Shown: piece after piece, positions 16,762 to 23,991 of the stretch
How positions within the stretch are numbered: the first letter of the stretch is position 1
Layout of the letters: each line of letters opens with the position of its first letter
Assembly (NCBI GenBank): GCA_964609455.1
Contig: CAZSRD010000009.1
Coordinates: forward strand, 1-32,000
Direction of reading: 5' to 3'
Source: an uncultured Methanosarcinales archaeon
GTDB taxonomy: Archaea > Nanobdellota > Nanobdellia > Woesearchaeales > JACPBV01
DNA: 32,000 nt
Notes under the pieces: generated by a model
Databases searched by the model: none
What the model was told of the DNA's origin: nothing
The model's input: the letters and a program-made list of their open reading frames with translations, nothing else
Program-made: the position numbers and the translations under genes

Positions 16762-18637
16762 TTTCTTCAGAATTCATTTGTTCCTGTCTAGCAGATGTTA
16801 CCCATGCAGATTGTTTTTTTTCTATCTTACCTTTGTCAAGGTATTGTGAAACTGCAGTTGTAACAATCAATATTTTTTCCTTTTTTGTCAATCCATTTTT
16901 CTTTACTTTTTTTGTTTTTAGTTGGCCTAATATATTGTTTTTTTCAATGAAGTTGGTTGTGGTATCCCCTTTTGCAAATGCTTTGTTGCTCAATACAACT
17001 TTGTGGAATGGTATTGTTGTTTCTACCCCTTCTATGATGAATTCTTCAAGGGCCCTTTTCATTCTTGAAATGGCCTCACTTCTGTTAGAGCCCCTACACA
17101 TTAGCTTGGCAATTAAGGAATCATAATGCGGGCTTACTACATGTCCTGCATGGCAAGAGCTACAAACTCTGATACCTGGGCCTCCCGGGGGCAGATAATT
17201 TATTATTGTTCCTGTAGTGGGGCAGAAGTCCTCTGCCGGGCATTCTGCATTTATTCTACATTCAATAGCTGCGCTATCAATCTTTATATCTTCCTGCTTA
17301 TATGCTAATTTTGCTCCTGCAGCTATTTTAATTTGCTCTTTTATTAAATCAACACCAGTAACCATTTCGGTTATTCCATGTTCAACCTGGATTCTTGTAT
17401 TCATCTCCATAAAATAGAAGTTTCTGTTTTTGTCTAATAAAAATTCTACAGTTCCAGCACCTATATATTTAACTGCATTAACAATCTTAATTGCTGCTTC
17501 ACCCATTCTCCGCCTTAACTCTTTATCTACTGCTGGAGAGGGGGCCTCTTCTATTAGTTTTTGATGTCTTCTTTGAATGCTACATTCTCTTTCCCCTAAG
17601 TGGATAGCATTACCAAACTTATCTGCCAATACTTGGAATTCTATGTGGCGCGGAGCTTCCATATATTTTTCCATATATAGCGAATCATCACCAAAAGAGG
17701 ATTGTGCCTCTGCTTGCGCGCTCTTAAAGGCTTTTGAAATCTCCTTTTCATTTTCTATAACTCTCATTCCTTTTCCACCACCACCAGAAACAGCTTTTAC
17801 AATCACAGGATACCCTATTTCTTTTGCGGACTTTATGGCGTCCTTTATGTTCTTTAGTGATTTTGTTCCAATAATCAAAGGTATTCGCAAGCGCTTGATG
17901 GTTTGCCTTGCTTTGTCTTTATTTCCCATTAGAGTAATAGATTTTGCTGAAGGACCAATAAACTTAATATTCTTTTTTTCACATAATCTTGCAAAATCAC
18001 TATTTTCAGCTAGAAAACCATAACCTGGGTGGATAGCATCAGCTTTTGCTTTTTTTGCTATTTTAATTATCTTTTTATAATCCAAATAACTAGTTGGCTT
18101 ATTCCCTACTGAATAAGATTTGTCTGAAAATTTTACAGCTAAGGTATTTTTATCTTGTTTTGTGTGTATAATGGCTGTTTGTATGTCAAGTTCTCTACAA
18201 GCCCTAACTATCCTTAAGGCAATCTCTCCTCGGTTTGCGATTAAAACTCTTTTAAATAACCTTTCTTTACTTACTTTTGTATACTCTTTTTCTTCTTCAA
18301 TGTTAGTTAGCCCTCTTGCGAGCATATCTAAAAAGGATTTTGACGAGCTATCTTTTATTACTTTATTAATCTGTTTTTCATTTAGGTTGGGAAGTTTTTT
18401 GGCAAGATTTTTTGTTATTAAATCACCAAAACTATTCAAATCTGGATTATGCAATAATTTTTCATCCTTTTCTAATACAACCAAATGAGATTTTATGAGC
18501 CTTTCTATCTCATCATATAAATATGGCATTTTTTCATGCGTTCTTTTGGCTAATTTTTTCATGAAGGCATAGCTTTTTTCTATAGGGCTTAATAGGTTAT
18601 TTAAGATTTTGGCTATCTTTTTCTGATTGCTTTCCAT
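16754..18637 (-). CDS. accC: Biotin carboxylase with an extra N-terminal region of about 125 aa and an extra C-terminal region of about 50 aa
   Basis: The core starts at residue 128 or so (FKRVLIANRGEIALRIVRACRELDI). It includes the ATP-grasp loop KAVSGGGGKGMRV and MEMNTRIQVEHGITE. The protein is 627 aa against about 450 aa for typical AccC. A TATA box lies 27 nt upstream of ATG 18637. Confidence 0.9.
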   Translation of the reverse strand: MESNQKKIAKILNNLLSPIEKSYAFMKKLAKRTHEKMPYLYDEIERLIKSHLVVLEKDEKLLHNPDLNSFGDLITKNLAKKLPNLNEKQINKVIKDSSSKSFLDMLARGLTNIEEEKEYTKVSKERLFKRVLIANRGEIALRIVRACRELDIQTAIIHTKQDKNTLAVKFSDKSYSVGNKPTSYLDYKKIIKIAKKAKADAIHPGYGFLAENSDFARLCEKKNIKFIGPSAKSITLMGNKDKARQTIKRLRIPLIIGTKSLKNIKDAIKSAKEIGYPVIVKAVSGGGGKGMRVIENEKEISKAFKSAQAEAQSSFGDDSLYMEKYMEAPRHIEFQVLADKFGNAIHLGERECSIQRRHQKLIEEAPSPAVDKELRRRMGEAAIKIVNAVKYIGAGTVEFLLDKNRNFYFMEMNTRIQVEHGITEMVTGVDLIKEQIKIAAGAKLAYKQEDIKIDSAAIECRINAECPAEDFCPTTGTIINYLPPGGPGIRVCSSCHAGHVVSPHYDSLIAKLMCRGSNRSEAISRMKRALEEFIIEGVETTIPFHKVVLSNKAFAKGDTTTNFIEKNNILGQLKTKKVKKNGLTKKEKILIVTTAVSQYLDKGKIEKKQSAWVTSARQEQMNSEENV

Positions 18638-18660
18638 ATTGCTTTGTAGTTGTTTTTAGC

Positions 18661-18673
18661 TTTAAAAACCTTA
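18661..18673 (-). promoter_or_regulatory. accC promoter: TAAGG element plus TATA TTTTTAAA (read on the minus strand)
   Basis: The reverse complement of 18661-18675 is cCTAAGGTTTTTAAA. The TATA centre lies 27 nt from ATG 18637. Confidence 0.5.
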
Positions 18674-18693
18674 GGTTTTTGATTGGATAAAAC

Positions 18694-18707
18694 ATAAGCT
18701 TTTTAAA
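18694..18707 (+). promoter_or_regulatory. fabZ-operon promoter: ATAAGC element plus TATA TTTTTAAA
   Basis: cATAAGCTTTTTAAAg lies about 47-56 nt upstream of the fabZ start. The predicted leader contains the SD-like GGGGTG. Confidence 0.45.
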
Positions 18708-18750
18708 GCGTTTTAGCCTTCTAAAGCCAGAACATAGTACAAATTATGGG

Positions 18751-19260
18751 GTGTTAATTATGAAAACAATAGATGAATTAAAGAATGATAAAGGTGAAAT
18801 TGATAGCAATGCTATTAAACAAATAATACCTTATGAAATACCTTTCTTAATGATAGACAGGGTTCTTAGCTTAGATAAAAATAAAGTGGTTGCTATTAAG
18901 AATACATCTGCCAATGAAGAATTCTTCAAAGGCCATTTTGCAGGATTTCCAATAATGCCTGGAGCTTTAATCATAGAGGGCATGGGGCAAGCTGCTACTT
19001 TATTATTGCGGTATAACCTTGAAAATCACTGGGAGAAGGAAGTTTTAGCTTATAAAATAAAAGAAGCAAAGTTTTTAGCACCAACATTTCCAGGTTACCA
19101 GCTTAAATATGAAATTACTATGCTTGGTAAGGACGAAAGGGGAGCTTTAATGAGCGGAAAGGCTATTGTGGATGATAATGTTGTAGCTGAAGCAACTATG
19201 ATGCTTGCTGTTGTGGATAGAAGGGATTTTAGGTCTAAAGCATCCCCTGTTTATAAGTGA
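18751..19260 (+). CDS. fabZ: 3-hydroxyacyl thioester dehydratase, FabZ family hotdog
   Basis: FFKGHFAGFPIMPGALIIEGMGQAA matches the FabZ active-site motif (HFxxxPxMPGxLxxExxxQ). The track start is GTG 18751. ATG 18760 behind GGGGTG is more likely. Confidence 0.85.
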   Translation: MLIMKTIDELKNDKGEIDSNAIKQIIPYEIPFLMIDRVLSLDKNKVVAIKNTSANEEFFKGHFAGFPIMPGALIIEGMGQAATLLLRYNLENHWEKEVLAYKIKEAKFLAPTFPGYQLKYEITMLGKDERGALMSGKAIVDDNVVAEATMMLAVVDRRDFRSKASPVYK

Positions 19261-19266
19261 TTTCTT

Positions 19267-20391
19267 ATGGAAAGATATGTGAAGGGGGTAGGGATGACTA
19301 AGTTTGGGGTAGAGGATAAAACTACACACAGCATGGCTTTTGAAGCTATAAATCTTGCTTTGGATGATTCTAATATGAATATGGGGGATATTGACGCTGT
19401 TGTTGTCAGCACTGTGGATACTAAAATAAATGAGGAGCGGCAGAGGATGTATGGCGTTGTTTTGAGCAGCATGCTGAAAAAACAGATGCCAATAATCAGG
19501 GTGCCTGCTGTTTGCGGTGGAGGAGGAGCTGCTTTTTGGACAGCTTTGAGATTAAAATATAACAATATTCTGGTTTTGGGTGTTGACAAAGTTTTAGCTG
19601 GCCCAACACCAATAATCACAAAGGAAATAATGAATGCAGGTGATAATTTTTGGGAGCAAGAAGAAGGTTTGGTGTTTCCTGCTCAGAATGCTTTGGTTGC
19701 TCAGCAACATATGCTTAAATATGGCACAACACATGATGATTTAGCATTGATTGCATATAAAAATCATCATAATGGCAGCCTAAACCCCAAAGCAAGATTC
19801 TATGGCAAAAAGGTTACTTTAGAGGACATTAAAAAATCACCTATTGTGGCAACACCCTTTAATCTGTATGATTGTAGCATAAGTGTAAATGGGGCTGCTG
19901 CCGTCATTATTTCAAATGAAAAATCAGATATTAAAGTTATAGGATCTGCTTTAGCAACAGATTATTTGGCTCCTTTTGAGAGGAAAGATATGACTGTATG
20001 GAATGGAACAGTGAAAGCAGGAAAAGAAGCATTTAAACAAGCTGGTGTTGAACCAAAAGATATTGATGTAGCTGAGCTTCATGATGCGTTTTCAATTATA
20101 GAGTTAATTGCTTACGAGGATTTGGGATTTTGCAAAAAAGGAGAAGGAAAAGAGCTTATAAGGCAAGGGCATACTACTCTAGATGGGAAAATGCCTGTTA
20201 ACACATCTGGCGGATTGAAGGCAAGGGGGCATCCAATCTCTCCAACAGGAGTTGCTATGATTGTTGAGATTGTAGATCAGTTAAGGAATAGATGCGGGGA
20301 AAGGCAGGTTAAGGATGCTAAATTAGGATTAACACATAATGTTGGTGGAGCAGGAGGAACAACTACTGTTCACATCCTCAGAAAAATATAA
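19267..20391 (+). CDS. Archaeal-type thiolase (SCP-x/acetyl-CoA C-acyltransferase-like), paralog 1
   Basis: The 374-aa protein has the VKGVGMTKFG N-terminus, the nucleophile region VPAVCGGGGAAF, and NTSGGLKARGHPISPTG and HNVGGAGGT near the C-terminus. Confidence 0.85.
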   Translation: MERYVKGVGMTKFGVEDKTTHSMAFEAINLALDDSNMNMGDIDAVVVSTVDTKINEERQRMYGVVLSSMLKKQMPIIRVPAVCGGGGAAFWTALRLKYNNILVLGVDKVLAGPTPIITKEIMNAGDNFWEQEEGLVFPAQNALVAQQHMLKYGTTHDDLALIAYKNHHNGSLNPKARFYGKKVTLEDIKKSPIVATPFNLYDCSISVNGAAAVIISNEKSDIKVIGSALATDYLAPFERKDMTVWNGTVKAGKEAFKQAGVEPKDIDVAELHDAFSIIELIAYEDLGFCKKGEGKELIRQGHTTLDGKMPVNTSGGLKARGHPISPTGVAMIVEIVDQLRNRCGERQVKDAKLGLTHNVGGAGGTTTVHILRKI

Positions 20392-20407
20392 TCTATATTT
20401 TTCTGGG

Positions 20408-20439
20408 ACACAAAAAATTGCAAAGCAATTTTTTCGTGT
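20408..20439 (+). terminator. Strong intra-cluster hairpin (14-bp stem with one bulge) containing a T6 run. It may be a terminator, attenuator or RNA-stability element.
   Basis: acacaaaaaattgc (20408-20421), loop aaa, gcaattttttcgtgt (25-39). It lies 17 nt after the thiolase-1 stop and 32 nt before the next ATG. The function is not established. Confidence 0.35.
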
Positions 20440-20470
20440 ATTTGATAAGATAGCTGCATAAGGTGATTTA

Positions 20471-21601
20471 ATGACAAAAACAATAAGATGGATTTGTGAG
20501 AAATGCGATAAGAAATGGATACATCCAATTGAGAAGTGCTTGTATTGCAGGGGAGAGATTAAAAAGCAGGTAGGAACCAGATTAAAGGTTGTAGGCTATA
20601 CTAAGGTTTATACTCCTTGTCCACCACACCCTATTATCCCTTATAATGTTTTAATCTTAGAGGACGAATATGGCAACAAGATGCCTAAAAAGACAATAAA
20701 GGATTATAATCTTGGTGATGCTTATGAGGATAAGCCAGACGCTTCAGAGAATTCAGTTGCTGTAGTGAAGATAAAGTATGATTTTTATGAAGCTGTTAAG
20801 GGGGCCTTAGAGCTTATAGGGGGTATAGAGGCAGATTCAAACACAAGGGTCTTGATTAAACCTAATATCAGTTTTCCGGGCTATTCTTATATGGGTATTT
20901 GTACTAACCCTAATGTTATTAGTGGGTTAATACAATATTTGTTGGGCAACCGGGTGAAGAAAGAGAATATAACTATAGCAGAGCAAAGCTTTTTTGTTCC
21001 TTTGGAAAAGACAATAGCGAAATCTGGCATAAATAAGGTTATTAAAAGTTTTGGGGTTAAATTTGTGGATATAAGCAAGGCAGAATTTGAAGAGAAGAAA
21101 GAAGGAGAATTTGCTTTTGAAGTGAGTAAGATAGTCAATGATTTTGATTTAATTTTTAATGTGCCTGTTATAAAAACAGATATGCTGCTTGGAATAGACG
21201 GGGCTTTTGAGAATTTAACAAGATTTCTATCTAAGAAAAGTTTTGATGAGTTAGCAAAAGATCCTAAGAAGGCTGTTGCTGCTTTGACACTTTTACCAAA
21301 GGTGTTGCCTAATTTTATTACATTGGGTGATGCTTCTATAGGCATGCAGGGGAATGGGCCTGCTGAATATGGTGAGCCAGGATTTTTTAATTTAATATTT
21401 GCTGCGAGGAACCCTGTTGTTCACGATAAAATCATTCAAGAGGTTTTTTGTTTGAGGAAATTGCCTTATGTTGAGTTAGCAGGCAAATTGGGCATTGGGG
21501 AGCATGATATATCCAAGATAAATGTTATTGGAAATGAACTGGATGCCTTAAGGAGAGATATAAAACAACCGATAGGCTCCAAATTAATAAAAAACCCATA
21601 G
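20471..21601 (+). CDS. Fusion protein: N-terminal DUF35-type zinc ribbon plus OB fold (thiolase scaffold family) joined to a C-terminal DUF362-like domain
   Basis: The N-terminal ribbon is WICEKCDKKW...KCLYCRG (CxxC...CxxC). It is followed by GTRLKVVGYTKVYTP...PYNVLILEDEYGNKM (DUF35 OB-fold pattern). From about residue 120, TRVLIKPNISFP...ICTNPNVISGLIQYL resembles DUF362. The DUF362 assignment is from memory of the family consensus. The SD-like AAGGTGA lies 4 nt before the ATG. Confidence 0.65.
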   Translation: MTKTIRWICEKCDKKWIHPIEKCLYCRGEIKKQVGTRLKVVGYTKVYTPCPPHPIIPYNVLILEDEYGNKMPKKTIKDYNLGDAYEDKPDASENSVAVVKIKYDFYEAVKGALELIGGIEADSNTRVLIKPNISFPGYSYMGICTNPNVISGLIQYLLGNRVKKENITIAEQSFFVPLEKTIAKSGINKVIKSFGVKFVDISKAEFEEKKEGEFAFEVSKIVNDFDLIFNVPVIKTDMLLGIDGAFENLTRFLSKKSFDELAKDPKKAVAALTLLPKVLPNFITLGDASIGMQGNGPAEYGEPGFFNLIFAARNPVVHDKIIQEVFCLRKLPYVELAGKLGIGEHDISKINVIGNELDALRRDIKQPIGSKLIKNP

Positions 21602-21655
21602 GTTTTTTAAGACCTCAAACTTTTTAAAAGTTTTAGCTGATTAAGAAGGATTAAA

Positions 21656-22777
21656 ATGTTTGTAAAAGGAGTTGGCATGACGAAGTTCGGGATTTCTGAT
21701 AAGTTTTCACACCAGTTAGCATATGATGCTTGCCTTGAAGCTTTGGATTGTGCTGATATGAGCTTTAATAAGATAGACGCAATTGTTTGTTCAACCTTAG
21801 AGTGGTTTTTTTCTATAGAAAAACAAAGGCATTTTGCTGGAATGTTGAGCTCTATGTTCAGGACAAACAAGCCTATAATAAGGGTTCCTGCTGGCTGTGC
21901 TGGCGGAGGCCATGCTTTGTGGGTAGCAAATCAATTGGGCTATGATAATGTCCTTGTTGTAGGAGTAGAAAAACTGATGACATGTAAGTCAGAGTCTATT
22001 ACAGACGAATTTATGATGGCGATGGAGTCTAAATGGGAACAGCCAGAAGGGGTAACTGCTCCATCTTCTGCTGCGATAGTGGCAAGAGAGTATCTCAACA
22101 GATTTCCAGATACAACCATGGATGATTTAGCATTGATTGCATATAAAAACCATTCAAATGGATTTTTCAATCCAAAGGCGCGTTTCTATAATAAAAAAGT
22201 TACTTTGGAAGATATTAAGAAATCAAAGATTGCTGCTTCGCCTTTGAGAGTTATGGATTGCAGCATTAGTGTTGACGGGGCTGCCGCTGCTGTGTTGACA
22301 AAGGATAAGTCAGATGTTAAGATAATTGGTTCTAGCCTTTGTACAGACAGATTAGCCCCTTTTGAAAGCAGAGATTTAACAACATGGGAAGCAACATCTG
22401 TTTCTGCAAAAGAGGCTTTTACACAAGCTAAATTAACGCCTAGTGATATTGATTTTGTAGAGATACATGATGCATTCACAATAGTCGAGCTGATGAGTTA
22501 CGAGGATATTGGCTTTGCCAAAAAAGGAGAAGGGGTTAAATTGATAAGGGATGGCGTTGTTAATATTGATGGGAGAATGCCAGTGAATACATCAGGCGGA
22601 TTAAAGTCAAAAGGGCACCCGCCTTCTGCTACTGGGCTTAGCCAGATTTGTGAGATTGTAGAACAAATGAGGGGGGAGGCAGGAGATAGACAAATTAGCA
22701 ATACTAATTTTGCTTTGGCTCATAATGTTGGCGGGGTTGGCGGCACTGTTACCTGCCATATATTGAAGAAAGTTTAA
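21656..22777 (+). CDS. Archaeal-type thiolase, paralog 2
   Basis: The 373-aa protein is collinear with paralog 1: MFVKGVGMTKFG, VPAGCAGGGHALW, NTSGGLKSKGHPPSATG, HNVGGVGGT. Shared stretches include DDLALIAYKNH and NPKARFY.KKVTLEDIKKS. Confidence 0.85.
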   Translation: MFVKGVGMTKFGISDKFSHQLAYDACLEALDCADMSFNKIDAIVCSTLEWFFSIEKQRHFAGMLSSMFRTNKPIIRVPAGCAGGGHALWVANQLGYDNVLVVGVEKLMTCKSESITDEFMMAMESKWEQPEGVTAPSSAAIVAREYLNRFPDTTMDDLALIAYKNHSNGFFNPKARFYNKKVTLEDIKKSKIAASPLRVMDCSISVDGAAAAVLTKDKSDVKIIGSSLCTDRLAPFESRDLTTWEATSVSAKEAFTQAKLTPSDIDFVEIHDAFTIVELMSYEDIGFAKKGEGVKLIRDGVVNIDGRMPVNTSGGLKSKGHPPSATGLSQICEIVEQMRGEAGDRQISNTNFALAHNVGGVGGTVTCHILKKV

Positions 22778-22830
22778 AATTCGTAACAATAATAAACAAA
22801 TATAAAATACCAATAACAAGGTGATTCAGA

Positions 22831-23571
22831 ATGAGCTTAAAAGGAAAAAATGCTTTAATAACCGGTTCAGCTCGTGGACTAGGAAAAGAAATGGCTTTAG
22901 CTCTTGCTAAAGAAGGCTGCAATATAATAATAAATGATATTGAAGTGATGAAGGAAGAAGCACTTAAAACTGTAGCTGAGATTAAGAATTTTGGGGTTAA
23001 ATCTGAGTTTGTTGCTGCTGATGTTTCTAATTTTGAAAGCTGCAAGAAAATGGCTGAAGATATTAAGAAGAAATTCGGCAAGGTGGATATTTTAGTAAAT
23101 AATGCTGGGATTACTAAAGACAGAACTCTTAAGAAGATGACGCCAGAGGAATGGTATCCTGTGATTAATGTTAACTTGAACAGTTTGTATAATGTTACAC
23201 ATAATGTTTTGGAGATGATTCCAGAGGGTGGCAGGATAATAAATATATCTTCTATTGCCGGAATATCAGGCAATTTCGGGCAGACTAATTATGCTTCGAC
23301 TAAAGCTGGAGTGATTGGATTTACAAAGTCATTAGCTAAGGAGGTTGGCAAGATGAAAATAACAGTAAATGCTGTTGCTCCTGGCTTTATAGAATCAGCT
23401 ATGACTGATAAGATACCGATGGAGATGTTATCGCAGATATTACAGTTGATTCCACTTAGAGAGATTGGCCAGCCATTAGATGTGGCTAATGCTGTTAAGT
23501 TCTTGGCGTCTGACGATGCGAAGTATATATCTGGAACGGTAATTAAGGTGGATGGTGGTATTAGCTTCTAA
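22831..23571 (+). CDS. fabG: 3-oxoacyl thioester reductase, classical SDR (FabG-like)
   Basis: Motifs are TGSARGLG (TGxxxGxG), NNAG, and the catalytic SSIAG...YASTKAG (S-Y-K). AAGGTGA lies 6 nt before the ATG. Confidence 0.85.
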   Translation: MSLKGKNALITGSARGLGKEMALALAKEGCNIIINDIEVMKEEALKTVAEIKNFGVKSEFVAADVSNFESCKKMAEDIKKKFGKVDILVNNAGITKDRTLKKMTPEEWYPVINVNLNSLYNVTHNVLEMIPEGGRIINISSIAGISGNFGQTNYASTKAGVIGFTKSLAKEVGKMKITVNAVAPGFIESAMTDKIPMEMLSQILQLIPLREIGQPLDVANAVKFLASDDAKYISGTVIKVDGGISF

Positions 23572-23697
23572 GAGTTCAGGTATTATAGGCCACGAAAAAC
23601 CATTAAATTTAAATACTCCCCTTATTTCTCTAGGCATTAGTATACCGGGAGTACTACTTCTAGTAGGAAATCAGAGTATAACTAACACAAAAGGTGA

Positions 23698-23910
23698 ATG
23701 AGTAAAATGGGATTTGGAGAAGGATTTGGAGATAGAGAGATGCATAAGGCAACTTGTGCAGATTGTGGTAATGAATGTGAGGTTCCTTTTAAACCAACAG
23801 AAGGAAGACCGGTTTATTGCAGGGACTGTTACCAAAAACATAAGAAACCAAGATTTGGCGGTGGCGGAGGAGGCGGTGGCGGAAGAGGCGGAGGAAGACC
23901 TAGATTCTAA
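23698..23910 (+). CDS. Small CxxC-x17-CxxC zinc-ribbon protein with a Gly/Arg (RGG-like) tail
   Basis: The ribbon is HKATCADCGNECEVPFKPTEGRPVYCRDCYQKH. The tail is PRFGGGGGGGGGRGGGRPRF. AAGGTGA directly abuts ATG 23698, so ATG 23707 (spacing 9 nt) is the likelier start. Confidence 0.7.
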   Translation: MSKMGFGEGFGDREMHKATCADCGNECEVPFKPTEGRPVYCRDCYQKHKKPRFGGGGGGGGGRGGGRPRF

Positions 23911-23991
23911 GTTTCCTATTTCTTTTTTATTTTTTTATTTTGAGCAAGATTTATAAAGTAATTCTATACTCTAATTATTGGGGGTTTTATC

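Noticed and set aside
16833-18488. Five plus-strand ORFs (60-148 aa) antisense to accC.
   Set aside because: The minus frame encodes an unmistakable biotin carboxylase (ATP-grasp motifs). The plus-strand products are Phe/Ser/Leu-rich shadows.
20457-20466. CATAAGGTGA upstream of the DUF35::DUF362 gene as a fifth copy of the lipid-promoter element.
   Set aside because: No TATA box follows it and it lies only 4 nt from the ATG. It is better explained as the Shine-Dalgarno AAGGTGA, which also precedes fabG (22818-22824) and the zinc-ribbon gene (23691-23697). Scattered CCTTATG heptamers inside coding regions (for example about 18830 and about 21464) are expected by chance in AT-rich DNA.
21618-21636. 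The AT-only palindrome aaactttt-t-aaaagttt between the DUF35::DUF362 gene and thiolase 2.
   Set aside because: It has a one-nucleotide centre and all-A/T pairs, so it forms no stable hairpin. Such palindromes are common in AT-rich spacers.
22749-23273. A 174-aa minus-strand ORF, the longest unassigned ORF in the window.
   Set aside because: It is antisense to fabG, whose frame carries the complete SDR motif set (TGxxxGxG, NNAG, S-Y-K). The minus product is a low-complexity Ile/Ser/Leu/Phe sequence.
23856-23900. A G-rich tract (ggcggtggcggaggaggcggtggcggaagaggcggagg) as a G-quadruplex or simple-sequence repeat.
   Set aside because: It has only GG runs and lies in frame within a CDS, where it encodes the Gly/Arg tail. 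The coding explanation is sufficient.
23714-23956. An alternative +2 frame ORF (80 aa) overlapping the zinc-ribbon gene.
   Set aside because: The +1 frame gives a recognisable CxxC-x17-CxxC domain behind a Shine-Dalgarno. The alternative frame owes its length to the G-rich repeat and has no motif.
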